From: Eledone cirrhosa
Lineage: Eukaryota
Assembly (NCBI GenBank): GCA_964016885.1
Contig: OZ024740.1
Span: 77,562,001-77,626,000 of the forward strand
Direction: 5' to 3'
Length of the DNA stretch: 64,000 nucleotides
This document shows, in pieces, positions 63,405-64,000 of this stretch (its first letter is position 1; the number at the start of each line of letters is the position of its first letter). Below the pieces are notes generated by a model. It was not told where the DNA came from and did no database searches. It saw only the letters and a list, made by a program, of their open reading frames with translations. Made by a program: the position numbers and the translations under genes.

Positions 63405-64000
63405 CCTTGGCCATGACCTCGTTCCACCTGGAGGTCTGGACCGAACCAGACCTCGAGCAATTTCACCGGTCCTTCCGTCCAGCGTCCGACGACGCTGTCG
63501 GACGGCATCGGTCTGCCTCTCCACGTTCCGAGTTGCAAACCGACAGACTTGTCCGGGTTCAGTTTTGCTCCTGTGAACCTTTCGTATTCGTGTAGTAGGT
63601 TGCCGATTACCTTGATTTCCGAGGTTTTCGACACCATTACCGTCACGTCGTCGGCATAAGCCGACACCCCTTTTCGCAGAGCGTCCCGTATCTCAGTGGC
63701 TGTGATCGGTCTTTCGCAGAACTCGCCGTCCATGCTCGAGAGACGCAGCAGGCCGTCGAGGTATGAACCAAAGTCCATTGCCCCGTTCGGTGCACCGTCG
63801 TTCTATTTAAACAGTCGCGCAAAGTGCCGCTGAAAGGCCGCGCACATCTGCCTGGGGTCAAGTTGCACTCGTCCGTTTTGGTCTTTCCAAGACCGAATCG
63901 TGGACTTGTTGCCACTTTTCGCTTCCGCCACTCGGGGCCAGCTAACAGCTTTTGCTCCCTCCTTTCCTAGAGCACGTGATTTACTTCTGACCACGCAGCC
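63405..64000 (-). mobile_element. Internally deleted L1/Tx1-like RT fragment (runs off window end)
   Basis: VRSKSR..FQRHFARLF / CERPITATEIRDALRK joined directly to GVSAYADDVTV..YERFTGAKLNPDKS..VKLLEVWF. Confidence 0.85.

Overview
AT-rich, microsatellite-saturated eukaryotic DNA. The tRNA-headed SINE family, the LINE spectrum and the (TA)n/(CA)n/(TACA)n load suggest an animal, probably an octopod cephalopod (inference only). No intact host protein-coding gene is supported. Most ORF-track entries are translations of simple repeats, and the real coding remnants all belong to mobile elements. The dominant signal is a dense nest of Penelope-like elements (PLEs), mostly Naiad-like (RT motif GLYRDD, CxC..CP..C linker, GIY-YIG endonuclease, CxLC), nearly all inserted into (TA)n tracts. 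One is near-complete (11355-15976): two direct pseudo-LTRs (pLTRs), an inverted partial pLTR and a single frameshift. By eye I read about 10 canonical type I hammerhead ribozymes (HHRs) and several degraded ones. One family carries a non-canonical CAGAAGA core in all four copies. There are also ORF-less palindromic HHR cassettes with a 1-nt loop, and a short YCGAGTG-like motif shared across unrelated pLTR tails. Other elements: a full-length, decayed RTE LINE with a 13-bp TSD (38924-42480), an R4/Dong-like 3' end in a TACA array, two Tx1/L1-like fragments (one fused to a half mariner), hAT and Tc1/mariner MITEs, many SINEs, and a 9.3-kb (GTGTR)n satellite with ~2.3-kb higher-order duplication. 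All RNA folds and family assignments were made manually and need computational confirmation.
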